Below are positions 8,681-18,003 of a DNA stretch of 64,000 nt, piece after piece; the first letter of the stretch is position 1, and every line of letters starts with the position of its first letter. The translations under genes and the position numbers were made by a program. The stretch covers positions 76,278 through 140,277 of the forward strand of contig CAMTWL010000031.1 of NCBI GenBank assembly GCA_947085435.1, given 5' to 3'. The notes under the pieces are model-generated. The model was not told where the DNA came from. It did no database searches and worked only from the letters and a program-made list of their open reading frames with translations. The DNA comes from an uncultured Phycisphaerae bacterium. Lineage in GTDB: Bacteria; Planctomycetota; Phycisphaerae; Phycisphaerales; UBA1924.

Positions 8681-10405
8681 ATGAACACTCCACACAGTTC
8701 CGCGATCGCGCTCTTGCTCCTCGCCGCGCTCGCGGCCCCCACGCTCGGCCAGAACGCTCTCGACGCCGGGCAACAGAATCGGCCCGATCGCCCCGATCGT
8801 CGCGGCGGCCCGATCAAGCAGGAGACGATCACGACCCGAGGGCGAGCGCTCGACGCCAACTCACAGGTCGGCTCCTCGGGTTTCAACGCGCCAGTCGCCA
8901 ACTTCCAGCAGGAACTCGCGCTGCGCAACGCCGTGGTCACGGGAAACGTGGCCGGCGGCAAGGCATTCCGCGGCGACGTCGGCTACTCCGCCGCCGATGA
9001 CTTCCGCGCGGACACCGGCTCGGACGATCTCTTCGAGTTCCAGCGGGACTCCGCGTACTCCGGCCTCGCAACCCAGAGCATCCGCGGCATCACCCCGCTT
9101 CAGTTCCAACTCACCGAATCGACCGCCGGTCAGACCGACGGGATGCTCGGCAATCTGATCGTCCGCCGATCTTCCGCCGGCAACTCCTCGGCAAACGTCT
9201 CGGGTGCCCAGGCATCAAAGATCACCGTGGACCCGTACGGCAACCTCCGCGGATCGCTCCGATCCACCAGCGACTTTGTTCTCCGGAATGCTCGCTTTCC
9301 ATTCATCCTCGGGTCGATGGGCCGAGAGGAGGAGGGCGCGGCCCGGCTCTACATGGCTGCGAACCCCCTCATCGGCGTCAAGGCCCTCACGCTCGGCAAC
9401 TCCGCGTTCGCGACGCAGGAACGACCGGACCTCATGCTCGATGGAAAACTCTCGGGGGTCGGCAACAAGGAGATGGAGGACGCCAGGCGGGACGGCCTCT
9501 CCGCCCCCGTCGGCAAGCGCCTCGAACCGACCACCCCGCTCGATTCAATCCGCTCGGACCTCGCCAAGAGGGCGGGCGCCTTTCTCTCCAAGCGCTACGG
9601 CGAGAAACCGGAAAACGCCGGCGACCGCGGGACGGATGCCCGGCCCGGAGCCGAGGAACCCACTGAATCGATCGACCAGCGATTCGATCGGATGCTCGAG
9701 GAGGTGCGCAAGTCCTTCCGCCAGCGTCTCAAGACCATGGAGGAACAGTCGCCTCCCTCCGAAGAGCCGAGCAGCCTCGAGCCGGGGGCCGAGCAAGAAA
9801 AAATAGAAGACGCCGAGAAGAAAGCGGACGAAGGCAAGACGCTGACGCCGGAGGAGATTATCGCCCGCGCCCGGGCGCTCCTCGGCAACGGCGAGGTCCG
9901 TCTGCAGGCGCTCCTCGACAAGGAGGGCGTTGACGACCTGTATTCCTGGCACATGAAAAAGGGCGAAATCGCGCTCAAAGCGGACCGCTGGTTCGAGGCC
10001 GAGGAGCGATTCACCGCCGCCCTCCGTGCCAAGCCCGGCGACGCCATCGCCGCCTCCGCCCGCATCAACTCACAGATCGGCGGCAGCCTGTTCCTCTCGG
10101 CGGGGATCAACCTGCGGAACCTTTTCACCGCGTATCCTGAGCTCATCGCGGCGCGCTACGCCGGGGACCTTTTCCCCACCGGCAAGCGACTGGACGCCGT
10201 CCGCTTCATGCTGCGGGAACGGATGACGCGCGACACTCCGTTCGCCCGCGACGCCGCGCTGATCCTTGCCTACGTCGGCTGGCAGTCCCACACACCGGCC
10301 GACACCGCCGACGCCTTCGCGGCCCTCGAACAGTTCCACAAGAACGCGGGCGAAGCCCCGGGGGCGCTCGAACTGGTGCTCAAGGAAGTCTGGCTCAACA
10401 ACTAG
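8681..10405 (+). CDS. hypothetical secreted protein (signal peptide, C-terminal TPR-like helical region)
   Basis: MNTPHSSAIALLLLAALAAPTLGQ signal peptide. No family match. The stop is 1 nt from the next gene's start. Confidence 0.5.
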   Translation: MNTPHSSAIALLLLAALAAPTLGQNALDAGQQNRPDRPDRRGGPIKQETITTRGRALDANSQVGSSGFNAPVANFQQELALRNAVVTGNVAGGKAFRGDVGYSAADDFRADTGSDDLFEFQRDSAYSGLATQSIRGITPLQFQLTESTAGQTDGMLGNLIVRRSSAGNSSANVSGAQASKITVDPYGNLRGSLRSTSDFVLRNARFPFILGSMGREEEGAARLYMAANPLIGVKALTLGNSAFATQERPDLMLDGKLSGVGNKEMEDARRDGLSAPVGKRLEPTTPLDSIRSDLAKRAGAFLSKRYGEKPENAGDRGTDARPGAEEPTESIDQRFDRMLEEVRKSFRQRLKTMEEQSPPSEEPSSLEPGAEQEKIEDAEKKADEGKTLTPEEIIARARALLGNGEVRLQALLDKEGVDDLYSWHMKKGEIALKADRWFEAEERFTAALRAKPGDAIAASARINSQIGGSLFLSAGINLRNLFTAYPELIAARYAGDLFPTGKRLDAVRFMLRERMTRDTPFARDAALILAYVGWQSHTPADTADAFAALEQFHKNAGEAPGALELVLKEVWLNN

Positions 10406-10406
10406 A

Positions 10407-12152
10407 GTGGTTTCAGTGCATCTGGAGCGCCTGCCGGTGGGGCAGCCTTCCAGCCTGCCCGGTGTTTTTCCCACGAGCAGGCAGGTCGCCGCGGCGACTG
10501 CTCCACCCGAGTTGAAACCGCTCGGCGCGCCGCGCCTATCCTCTCCCCCCGTGCCCCGACCTCCCGGATCAATCACCGACTTTCTCACCGACGCCTCGGT
10601 CGTGCAACTCTGCGCCGCCCTCGCGGGCATCGCGCAGGCGCGGATCACCGTCCACGACGACCGAGGCCGGCGCATCGACTATACGGGCGGCACGCCCCCC
10701 TGGTCCGTTGCGCCGGAAGACGACGAGGCCCGCCGCATCTCGGACGCGCTGCATCACGGCCCAAACGAAGCCGTATCAGTGGACGGGCGGGTCGTGGAGC
10801 CGCTGGTTGTCGCCGCGAACGTCATCGGCGGCGTCGTCATCGACGCCGAGCCCGCGCGCCACGCCTCGGGCGAACTCGACGGGCTGCGCGCCATCGTTTC
10901 CAAACTCGTGCTGACCATCAACGAGTTCTGCGACCAGGACATGCTCCTCCGGCATCGCAACGCCGAACTCTCGCTGCTTTTCAGGCTTTCGTCGCTGCTC
11001 GTCGCCGCGCGGGACACCGACGAGGTGCTGACGATCGCTCTCCGCTCCGCGATCGAGATCCTGGGTGCCGACGCCGGATTGGTGCACCTGATCGACGCCG
11101 AGGGGCGTTCGGTGCTTCGCGCTGATATCAATCTTTCTGACTCGTTCCTTGATTCGCTCAAGCCTCTCGCCGCCGATTCGATCGCGTTCCGCGAAGCCCT
11201 CGCCGCCGAGGGATACCCCGGCATCATCGCCGGCTCGCTCTTCTTCAACGCGCGCTCGCTCGGCTCGCTCCGGCTCCTCTGGAAAAAACCGATCCTCCTT
11301 GAAGCCGAGGAACAGGCGTTGCTCCAGACCATCATCGAGCAGGTCTCCGCCGCCGTCGCCAGCGCGCGACTCATCGAAGCGCAGAGCAAGGCCCGCGCCA
11401 CGCAGCGCCAACTCCGCCTCGCGTCGGATGTCCAGCGCCGGATGCTGCCGCAGAGCCTGCCGAATATCCCGCGCTTCGACATCGACGCACGCTACGTCCC
11501 CACCATGGAACTCGGCGGCGATTTCTATGACCTCATCGATCTTTCGGGGCATTTGGGTTTGCTGATCGGCGATGTCGCGGGCAAGGGAGTGCCGGCGGCG
11601 CTCCTGATGGCGGCGGTCCGCGCCTCGCTCCGCGCCCACGCCTCGTCGCTCTATCACCTCGACGAGGTCATGTCCCGCGTCAACCGCGCCATGGTCCGCG
11701 ACACGCAGCCGAACGAGTTCGCCACCATTTTCTACGGCGTGATCGACCCCGTTTCGCTCCGGCTGACTTATTGCAACGCCGGGCACGACCCACCATTGCT
11801 TTTGAGGCGGGTGGATGGTCGGGGCGCCGAGGAACGCGACCTCTACGAACTCACCGCCGGCGGCATGGTCATCGGCGTCGATCCCGCGCAAATCTACGCG
11901 CGCGGCATGTTTGACCTCGCGCCGGGCGATACCCTCGTCGCCTACACCGACGGCATCGTGGACGCGATGAACTTCGAGTCCAAACGCTTCGGGCGGCCGC
12001 GGCTGAGGAAAGCGATTCTCGACGCGGCCAACACGCCGGGAGCGACGGCGAAATCGGTCGCCGACCACATCATCTGGGAAGTCCGCCGCTCGATCGGCCT
12101 GAATCCGCAGACGGACGACGAGACGCTGGTGGTGGTGAGGGTGAGGGAATGA
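10407..12152 (+). CDS. GAF-domain PP2C-family (SpoIIE/RsbU-like) serine phosphatase
   Basis: Two GAF-like regions, then TMELGGDFYDLIDL...GLLIGDVAGKGVPAALLMA...AYTDGIVDA PP2C motifs. GTG start directly after the upstream TAG. Confidence 0.75.
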   Translation: MVSVHLERLPVGQPSSLPGVFPTSRQVAAATAPPELKPLGAPRLSSPPVPRPPGSITDFLTDASVVQLCAALAGIAQARITVHDDRGRRIDYTGGTPPWSVAPEDDEARRISDALHHGPNEAVSVDGRVVEPLVVAANVIGGVVIDAEPARHASGELDGLRAIVSKLVLTINEFCDQDMLLRHRNAELSLLFRLSSLLVAARDTDEVLTIALRSAIEILGADAGLVHLIDAEGRSVLRADINLSDSFLDSLKPLAADSIAFREALAAEGYPGIIAGSLFFNARSLGSLRLLWKKPILLEAEEQALLQTIIEQVSAAVASARLIEAQSKARATQRQLRLASDVQRRMLPQSLPNIPRFDIDARYVPTMELGGDFYDLIDLSGHLGLLIGDVAGKGVPAALLMAAVRASLRAHASSLYHLDEVMSRVNRAMVRDTQPNEFATIFYGVIDPVSLRLTYCNAGHDPPLLLRRVDGRGAEERDLYELTAGGMVIGVDPAQIYARGMFDLAPGDTLVAYTDGIVDAMNFESKRFGRPRLRKAILDAANTPGATAKSVADHIIWEVRRSIGLNPQTDDETLVVVRVRE

Positions 12153-12299
12153 TTTGCGATTCTCGATTGAGACATTACCAGAGCGGCCCCAATCCATAGC
12201 GTTAGTGCAGCTCACCCACTATATTTGGTATCTCCGGCGAGTTTTTGGAACTTTATTCTGCAGCAACCGAAGCGAAGAAACCCGATATAGTTGAACAAG

Positions 12300-12752
12300 A
12301 TGGTCGTGTCAGCCCAACAAGCAGAATCTTCGCCCGGCAGTCTGGGCGTAACCCGATCGGTTGACCTGGCGAGCCCGAACGGTTTGGCTGCGCAGTCGCA
12401 TTTTGTTGACCAGTCAGAGTTCATTGTCCCTTGGTGGATTTCGTCTCTTTATTTTGCCGGCAGTGCGCGTCGGCCATTCTGGGTAGGAGTGGGAAGCGTC
12501 CTGAACTTTGTCCCTGTGAAAACACGACGTCAATTTGGCCGCGTCGGTGGCGAAAGCGATGCGGATGCCTTGGCTTTCGATTGGGCCGCAATTGGACGTG
12601 ATATTCAATCACAGATTCGTGTCACCCGAGGTATGATTGCTGCTCGTGAGCCAAGACCCGTCACACCGGAGAACGCCAGACCCCGACCAACCGTCACCGA
12701 GCGGCGTCGAATCAGGCAGCAATCCGGGGGTGGTTGGACGATCGTCTTCTGA
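12300..12752 (+). CDS. hypothetical protein (low-GC islet)
   Basis: ORF in a locally AT-richer region. No motif. May be spurious. Confidence 0.2.
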   Translation: MVVSAQQAESSPGSLGVTRSVDLASPNGLAAQSHFVDQSEFIVPWWISSLYFAGSARRPFWVGVGSVLNFVPVKTRRQFGRVGGESDADALAFDWAAIGRDIQSQIRVTRGMIAAREPRPVTPENARPRPTVTERRRIRQQSGGGWTIVF

Positions 12753-13236
12753 CGAGGCTTCCGCGAACGAGCCCATAATCCTGGGGCCCGGAGTCGTCGG
12801 CTCCATCCGCATCGAAGAATCGATCGGATCGGCTGAGATTATTCATCAATCGAGCCGTTGGATGGGTCCTTTGCCGCCCGCAGAGGTAATCGCATCCTAC
12901 GGTCGAATTGACCCCTCATTTCCGAATCGAATTGTGAGCATGGCGGAGGGCGAAGCCGCACACCGACGCAGTATTGAGAAGAAGTCGCTCGAAGCGTCGA
13001 TCGGTGACACCAAATCGCAAAGAACTGAAACACGGATCGGCCAAGTCTTCGGCCTTGTGATCGGATTGAGCGGACTTGCCGTGAGTTTGGTTGCGGCCGC
13101 ATGGGGGCAGCAGTGGTTCGCTTCGGTTGTCGGTGGAGGAACAATTCTGGGTTTGGTAAGTGTTTTTGTCACAGGCCGCCGAACAAAAAGCGATCAGAAG
13201 CACTCGGATTCAGGTGAGACCGATCGTGCCGAGTAA
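12637..13236 (+). CDS. DUF2335-domain membrane protein (often phage or mobile-element associated)
   Basis: MGPLPPAEVIASYGRIDPSFPNRIVSMAEGEAAHRRSIE matches the GPLPPPE...Y..I.P..A.RI..MAE.E..HR DUF2335 signature, with two C-terminal TM helices. The upstream start is uncertain (TTG at 12637). Confidence 0.55.
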   Translation: MLLVSQDPSHRRTPDPDQPSPSGVESGSNPGVVGRSSSDEASANEPIILGPGVVGSIRIEESIGSAEIIHQSSRWMGPLPPAEVIASYGRIDPSFPNRIVSMAEGEAAHRRSIEKKSLEASIGDTKSQRTETRIGQVFGLVIGLSGLAVSLVAAAWGQQWFASVVGGGTILGLVSVFVTGRRTKSDQKHSDSGETDRAE

Positions 13237-13280
13237 ACCCATCCTGCCTAAATACGCGGCAGCCCTAACTGAGAAAACCA

Positions 13281-14570
13281 ATGCCCTTCACCCTCAAACC
13301 CGACGAAGGCTTCGACGTTGATGTCGAATCCACCGACTACCTCAAGACCCACGTCGACACCGGCGACCGCTGGACGCTGAACTTCGGGCCGCAGCACCCG
13401 GCGACGCACACGACGCTGCGCATCGTGCTCGAGCTCGACGGCGAGCGGATCGCCCGCTGCACGCCGCACATCGGGTACCTGCACTCGGGGTTCGAGAAAC
13501 TCGCCGAGCACTTGGACTACAACCAGTATGTGACGATCGTGTCGCGCATGAACTATCTTTCGCCGATCGCCAACGATATCTGCTGGCACCACGCGGTGGA
13601 GACGCTGTTCGGGATCGACCTCACGCCGCGGTGCAAGGTGATCCGCACCATCATGGCGGAACTGGCGCGGATCCAGGACCACCTGTTGAGCGTGGGGGCG
13701 ACGGCGCTGGACCTCGGGGCGTTCACAGGGTTTTTGTACGGGTTCAACGCGCGGGAGCGGATCTACGACATCTGCGATTTCATTTCGGGGCAGCGTTTTC
13801 ACCCGGATTGGACACGCGTGGGCGGCGCGATGCAGGACCTCCCCGACGAGGAGACGTTCAAGAAGTTGGTGAGGTACTTCGTCAATGAGGACCTGCCGCG
13901 GGCGCTCGAGGATATTGAAGGGCTCCTCTGCCGCAACCGCATCTTCATCGACCGCACCGCGGGCATCGGCATCGTCTCAAAGGAAGACGCGATCGCGTGG
14001 TCGCTGTCGGGGCCGATGGCTCGCGGGTCGGGGGTTGTGCGCGATCTGCGGAAGGACGAGCCGTACCTCTGCTACGCGAACAACTGGGACGGCCAGGGAG
14101 CGAAAGCCGTCGAGTTCAAGGTGCCGGTCCACACCGACGGCGACGCCTACGCCCGCTTCCAGGTCCGCCTCGAGGAGATGAAGCAGTCGATCCACATCAT
14201 CCGCCAACTGATCGACAATATTCCGGGCGGGCCGATCGACACCTACGCCGACGGCAAGTACGTCAAGCCGCCGAAGTCCGACGTCTACGGCTCCATCGAA
14301 GGCCTGATCCAGCACTTCGAGATCATCATGAGCAACCGAGGCTGGAAGGCCCCGATCGCGGAGTGCTACGGCGCGAACGAGACCGCCAACGGCGAACTCG
14401 GGTTCTACATCGTGGCGGACGGTGGGCCGAGGCCGTGGCGCGTGCGGACGCGGCCGCCGAGTTTCATCAACTACTCGATCATGGCGAAACTCACCGAGGG
14501 TCACATGCTGGCGGACATCGTGGCGGTTTTGGGGTCGATTAATGTGGTGGCGGCGGAGTTGGATCGGTAG
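13281..14570 (+). CDS. nuoD: NADH-quinone oxidoreductase subunit D (49-kDa subunit)
   Basis: 429 aa, colinear with NuoD/Nqo4 (LNFGPQHPATHTTLRIVLELDGE ... RVRTRPPSFINY). No other nuo genes are adjacent. Confidence 0.9.
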   Translation: MPFTLKPDEGFDVDVESTDYLKTHVDTGDRWTLNFGPQHPATHTTLRIVLELDGERIARCTPHIGYLHSGFEKLAEHLDYNQYVTIVSRMNYLSPIANDICWHHAVETLFGIDLTPRCKVIRTIMAELARIQDHLLSVGATALDLGAFTGFLYGFNARERIYDICDFISGQRFHPDWTRVGGAMQDLPDEETFKKLVRYFVNEDLPRALEDIEGLLCRNRIFIDRTAGIGIVSKEDAIAWSLSGPMARGSGVVRDLRKDEPYLCYANNWDGQGAKAVEFKVPVHTDGDAYARFQVRLEEMKQSIHIIRQLIDNIPGGPIDTYADGKYVKPPKSDVYGSIEGLIQHFEIIMSNRGWKAPIAECYGANETANGELGFYIVADGGPRPWRVRTRPPSFINYSIMAKLTEGHMLADIVAVLGSINVVAAELDR

Positions 14571-14585
14571 GGGCTATTGATCTCT

Positions 14586-14700
14586 GCGCGGCCAAAGGCA
14601 CGCGCTCATGCCCACTGGTCTTCAGGCTGAAAGCCTGGTAGTTCGTAGCCGGGGGCAGAGCGAGGCTTTGGGAGCGCCGCCCCCGGAAAGAAGGCTCTTC
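14586..14700. repeat. family-B palindromic element copy
   Basis: cttcaggctgaaagcctggtagttcgtagccgggggcagagcgagg...cccccggaaag. Confidence 0.75.
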
Positions 14701-14716
14701 AACCATCTTGGCACCC

Positions 14717-14742
14717 TGCAAGTGTGCAAGTGTGCAAGTGTG
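14717..14742. repeat. tandem (GCAAGTGT)x3 adjacent to a GCACCCT hairpin half
   Basis: tgcaagtgtgcaagtgtgcaagtgtg, read directly. Confidence 0.8.
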
Positions 14743-15391
14743 AACCGCCGCCCCATTGTGGAATCTCCCGAAACACGCCCGGAAGTTTGCGCAGAGGTCA
14801 ATAGGTACGTTGGATCCGAAAGCGTCACCTATCCCGTGCCAACCGCTTGACTTCCTTTCGCCATTCGGAAAGAAGCCCCCGCTTATCGAGCTCTTCTTCT
14901 ATGACTTCAACAGCCAAGTCCGTCGCTTGATTGTTCTGCGTCACGCCGGTTTCAGCCCGGAGGCAGTGCATGCATAGGTCAACGAGATCAGCATCGGGAT
15001 TTGCCGAGAGCCATTCCTTCACACGTCACCACTATCTCGACCCAACAAGAAGTACCGGCATTCGACGAGGAGTTCACGGTCGGACCATTCAGGGTGAACT
15101 CGATGTGCTTTTTTCCAGCTCTGTGCCATCACGCGAGCGATTCCCCCGGCATTTCCCAGACGAAGCAGCCATTTTTGAAAACCCATGACAGCACCTATTT
15201 GAGCACAAGAGCGTCGGTATCCATACAGGGATTATACATTCAGTTGGATGTGGTCCGGCGCGTGGCAACGACCATGATGCTCCATGACCCGTGCCACCGG
15301 CGCGCCGGGTTCCTGAGCGGTCGGTGTCCGAGGTCTCCAAGCCGAACCAACCGTTCAAAGTCCCGGCGCGCCAGGATCGGAGTCGAATGGC

Positions 15392-15739
15392 TCAGCCGCG
15401 CGTCGCCGGCTCGACCAGAAGTTCCATCGCCTTGACCAGATCGGTATCCAGTATCGTGAGCGCCTTGCGTCCGCCGCCGGGCTTGCGAGTTCGTCTCGGC
15501 CCGATCTTCCGGCCCGAGGCCAACTCTTGAACCCCGCGCCGGATCGTGGTGTGAGCCAGCCCGGTCGCCCGCGCCACGGCGGCCACTCCACCGCGCCCCG
15601 CGGCCCGAGCCTCGGCGCCCGCCCACAGCCGTCGTGGCCGCTCATCGAACGCCGACGAAAGCGACCGGTACTTCGTGCAAATCATCCGCTCGAACGCCCG
15701 ATCCATCGCATCCGTGATCGGACCGAGCACCGATATCAA
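15392..15739 (-). pseudogene. truncated ISAzo13-like (IS630 superfamily) transposase N-terminal fragment
   Basis: DERPRRLWAGAEARAAGRGGVAAVARATGLAHTTIRRGVQEL...GGGRK...LVEPATRG matches the ISAzo13 transposase HTH region. It stops after 115 aa. The surrounding 14.6-15.7 kb is AT-richer with broken frames. Confidence 0.5.
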
Positions 15740-15769
15740 AGCAGTTATTTATTGCCGCGCCCTTCGCGG

Positions 15770-16153
15770 ATGTCCCGCATCAAGGACCGGGACACGGGTC
15801 CAGAACGCGCGGTTCGCGGTGCCCTTCGATCCTTGGGAATTCGGTTTGCCTGCGACCCGACGGGCGTGCTTGGTGTGCCGGACGTGGTCATGCGCAAGCA
15901 GCGCGCCGTGGTGTTTGTTCACGGCTGCTTCTGGCATCGTCACTCGTGTCGAAAGGGGAAGCGAACCCCGAAAACTCGCGTGCATTTCTGGTCTACGAAA
16001 CTGGAGGAGAATCGCAGGCGCGATGCGCGAACCACCCGAACACTCCGAACCGCCGGATGGCGAGTGGTCGTCATCTGGGAGTGTCAGACCAAGGACAAAG
16101 AAGCCCTTCAACGGCGACTCGCAAGACTTCTGAAAGCCCAACGCAAGCCGTGA
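15770..16153 (+). CDS. vsr: very-short-patch-repair endonuclease Vsr
   Basis: 127 aa with DTGPERAVRGALRSLGIRF...AVVFVHGCFWHRHSCRKGKRTPKT...FW..K...N..RD...LRTAGWRVVVIWECQ, colinear with Vsr. No dcm is nearby. Confidence 0.8.
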   Translation: MSRIKDRDTGPERAVRGALRSLGIRFACDPTGVLGVPDVVMRKQRAVVFVHGCFWHRHSCRKGKRTPKTRVHFWSTKLEENRRRDARTTRTLRTAGWRVVVIWECQTKDKEALQRRLARLLKAQRKP

Positions 16154-16280
16154 TACGAGATAGTCCTTCACCACCCCCGCTTGCACGCCCAAGGCACCAG
16201 CCCGAACCCCACCACAAACGCCGCCGCCCTTCGCCCGGCTCAGCCGGTAAAGTCCAATAAATCATATCTATCGTGATCTA

Positions 16281-16309
16281 TTGACAACAGATGTGATTTA
16301 CGCTACACT
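16281..16309 (+). promoter_or_regulatory. sigma70-like promoter for parDE
   Basis: TTGACA (16281-16286), a 17-bp spacer, then TACACT (16304-16309), about 18 bp before the parD ATG with a GAAAGGA SD. Confidence 0.5.
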
Positions 16310-16327
16310 GGTTGCGAAAGGACGGCC

Positions 16328-16594
16328 ATGCAGAACACCACCTTCAGCATCGTCATGCCCGAAGGCCTTCGCACCTTCGTCGAAGAGCGGATGAGGTCCA
16401 CCCACTTCGGCAACGTCAGCGAGTACTTCCGCCACCTCGTCCGCGAGGATCAAAAACAAGCCGCCCGCGACCGCCTCGAAACTCTCCTCCTCGAAGGCGA
16501 GGCCTCGGGCGCGCCAGTCACCGCCGACGACGAGTGGTGGGCGCGGAAGAAAGCGCAACTGCTCGCGCAAGCGAAGCGGGGCAAGGCATCGTGA
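16328..16594 (+). CDS. parD: ParD-family type II antitoxin (CopG/RHH)
   Basis: 88 aa with the SEYFRHLVREDQ motif. 4-nt overlap with the downstream toxin. Confidence 0.7.
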   Translation: MQNTTFSIVMPEGLRTFVEERMRSTHFGNVSEYFRHLVREDQKQAARDRLETLLLEGEASGAPVTADDEWWARKKAQLLAQAKRGKAS

Positions 16595-16920
16595 CCTGCC
16601 GCGTCGTCATCCGCCCACGCGCGGATGCGGACATCGATCACTACTTTTTGCACATCGAGCAGCACAGCCCGGATGCGGCCGTACGTTTTCTCGATGCGAT
16701 CCAGGCGACGTTCAACGCTATCGCCGAGTTCCCCGATTCCGGAACACCCAGAGACTTCGTTCACCCTTCACTGCAAGGGCTGAGATCGTGTCCGATCATC
16801 GGATTCCCCAACCATCTCCTCTTTTACCGAAGAGTGGACGAACAGAGTGTGACCGTCATCCGCCTGCTGCACGCCGCGATGGATTACCTGCCGATCGTTC
16901 AATCTGAAGGCTTGAACTGA
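16591..16920 (+). CDS. parE: ParE/RelE-family type II toxin
   Basis: 109 aa, GTG start overlapping the parD stop (GTGA). CRVVIRPRADADIDHYF...FPNHLLFYRRVDEQSVTVIRLLHAAMD. Confidence 0.7.
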   Translation: MTCRVVIRPRADADIDHYFLHIEQHSPDAAVRFLDAIQATFNAIAEFPDSGTPRDFVHPSLQGLRSCPIIGFPNHLLFYRRVDEQSVTVIRLLHAAMDYLPIVQSEGLN

Positions 16921-16949
16921 CATCCGTACGCGCACCGCCGTGACCTTTC

Positions 16950-17546
16950 TCACCACCCCCGCTTGCACGCCCAGGGCACCAGCCCGAACCCCACCACAAA
17001 CGCCGCCGCGCTCTTCACCACGTCCCCCGGTAAAAACGGCCACACGCCGCGCTCCAGCGCGGTTGCGAAGTCCCACTTCAGCCACAGCATCTGCCACAAA
17101 ACGCCGCAACCGAGGATCACCACGCTCCCCAGCACGAGCGACGCGAGCAACCCCTTCGCCCCGCCAAACGCCTTCCCGTTCCGCGCGCTGAGCGCCATCA
17201 CCGGTTGCGACACCAGGAACCCAATCAAATACCCGCCCGTCGCCCCCATGATCTCCGTCACGCCGCCGCCGCCCTTCGACAGCATCGGCAACCCCGCCGC
17301 CGCCGCTGCGATGTAGACCACCATGCTCACCGTGCCGAGCCGCGCCCCGAGCGTGAACGCCGCCAGCGTCACCGCCAAAGTCTGCAGCGTCATCGGCACC
17401 GGAGTCCCCGGCAGCGGCACCGCGACCTGCGCCGCCAGCCCCGTCAACGCCGCGAACCCAAGCACGCCGACCACCTTCAACAGAAAATCCGCCGTGTCCT
17501 TCGACACACCAAGCACAGGTGACGCGATCGTTGAAATCTGGTTCAT
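16950..17546 (-). CDS. bioY: biotin transporter BioY (ECF S-component)
   Basis: 198 aa, 5-6 TM helices, with the GGYLIGF and VPWACKRG-type motifs. Confidence 0.85.
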   Translation of the reverse strand: MNQISTIASPVLGVSKDTADFLLKVVGVLGFAALTGLAAQVAVPLPGTPVPMTLQTLAVTLAAFTLGARLGTVSMVVYIAAAAAGLPMLSKGGGGVTEIMGATGGYLIGFLVSQPVMALSARNGKAFGGAKGLLASLVLGSVVILGCGVLWQMLWLKWDFATALERGVWPFLPGDVVKSAAAFVVGFGLVPWACKRGW

Positions 17547-18003
17547 GTATTCCTCTCCTGGTTTCTTCGCCGCCGGCCTCTTTTCGGCGGCGGCGAAGGT
17601 GTTTGAGTCCGCGAGGCCAAGTATCCGTTGCGGGGCGGAAGGGGTTGCGGACTCGACAGCCTACCGCAGTCCGTCCGACTCTACCGGACGTCGGCCCAAG
17701 CCCGGTGATAACTTTGGTGGACGTCCCCAAGGGGCTTCCGCGAACGCCCAAGCCGAGAGTTCGACGCTGAGCGAGTCGCGTGCGCCGCAGCGGCACCCGC
17801 GGGCGCTCGAACCTCATGCTCCTGGCACAGTGATTCGACTCCCGATTTTCCGCGTCTTTCCCCGCAAACGTGGCGGACCGATATCGTGATCTCCGTGCGC
17901 AGCGGCCAACGAGGCCGATCGCCGACGGTCGCGGCTCCGTTGGGTGGCGAGAAAGCGCTTTGCTTGATCGAAGTGATGTTTGACGCGAAGTTGAGCGTGG
18001 CCC

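Noticed and set aside
12160-12290. Checked AT-rich patches (12160-12290, 14580-14830, 63300-63500) for tRNA genes.
   Set aside because: No GGTTCGAATCC-type T-loop or cloverleaf was seen. No tRNA called.
15001-15200. Minus-strand frames give MGFQKWLLRLGNAGGIARVMAQSWKKAHRVHPEWSDRELLVE... and MKEWLSANPDADLVDLCMHCL... (14825-15022).
   Set aside because: Short and frame-broken with no family recognised. Treated as part of the decayed mobile-element zone, not as genes.
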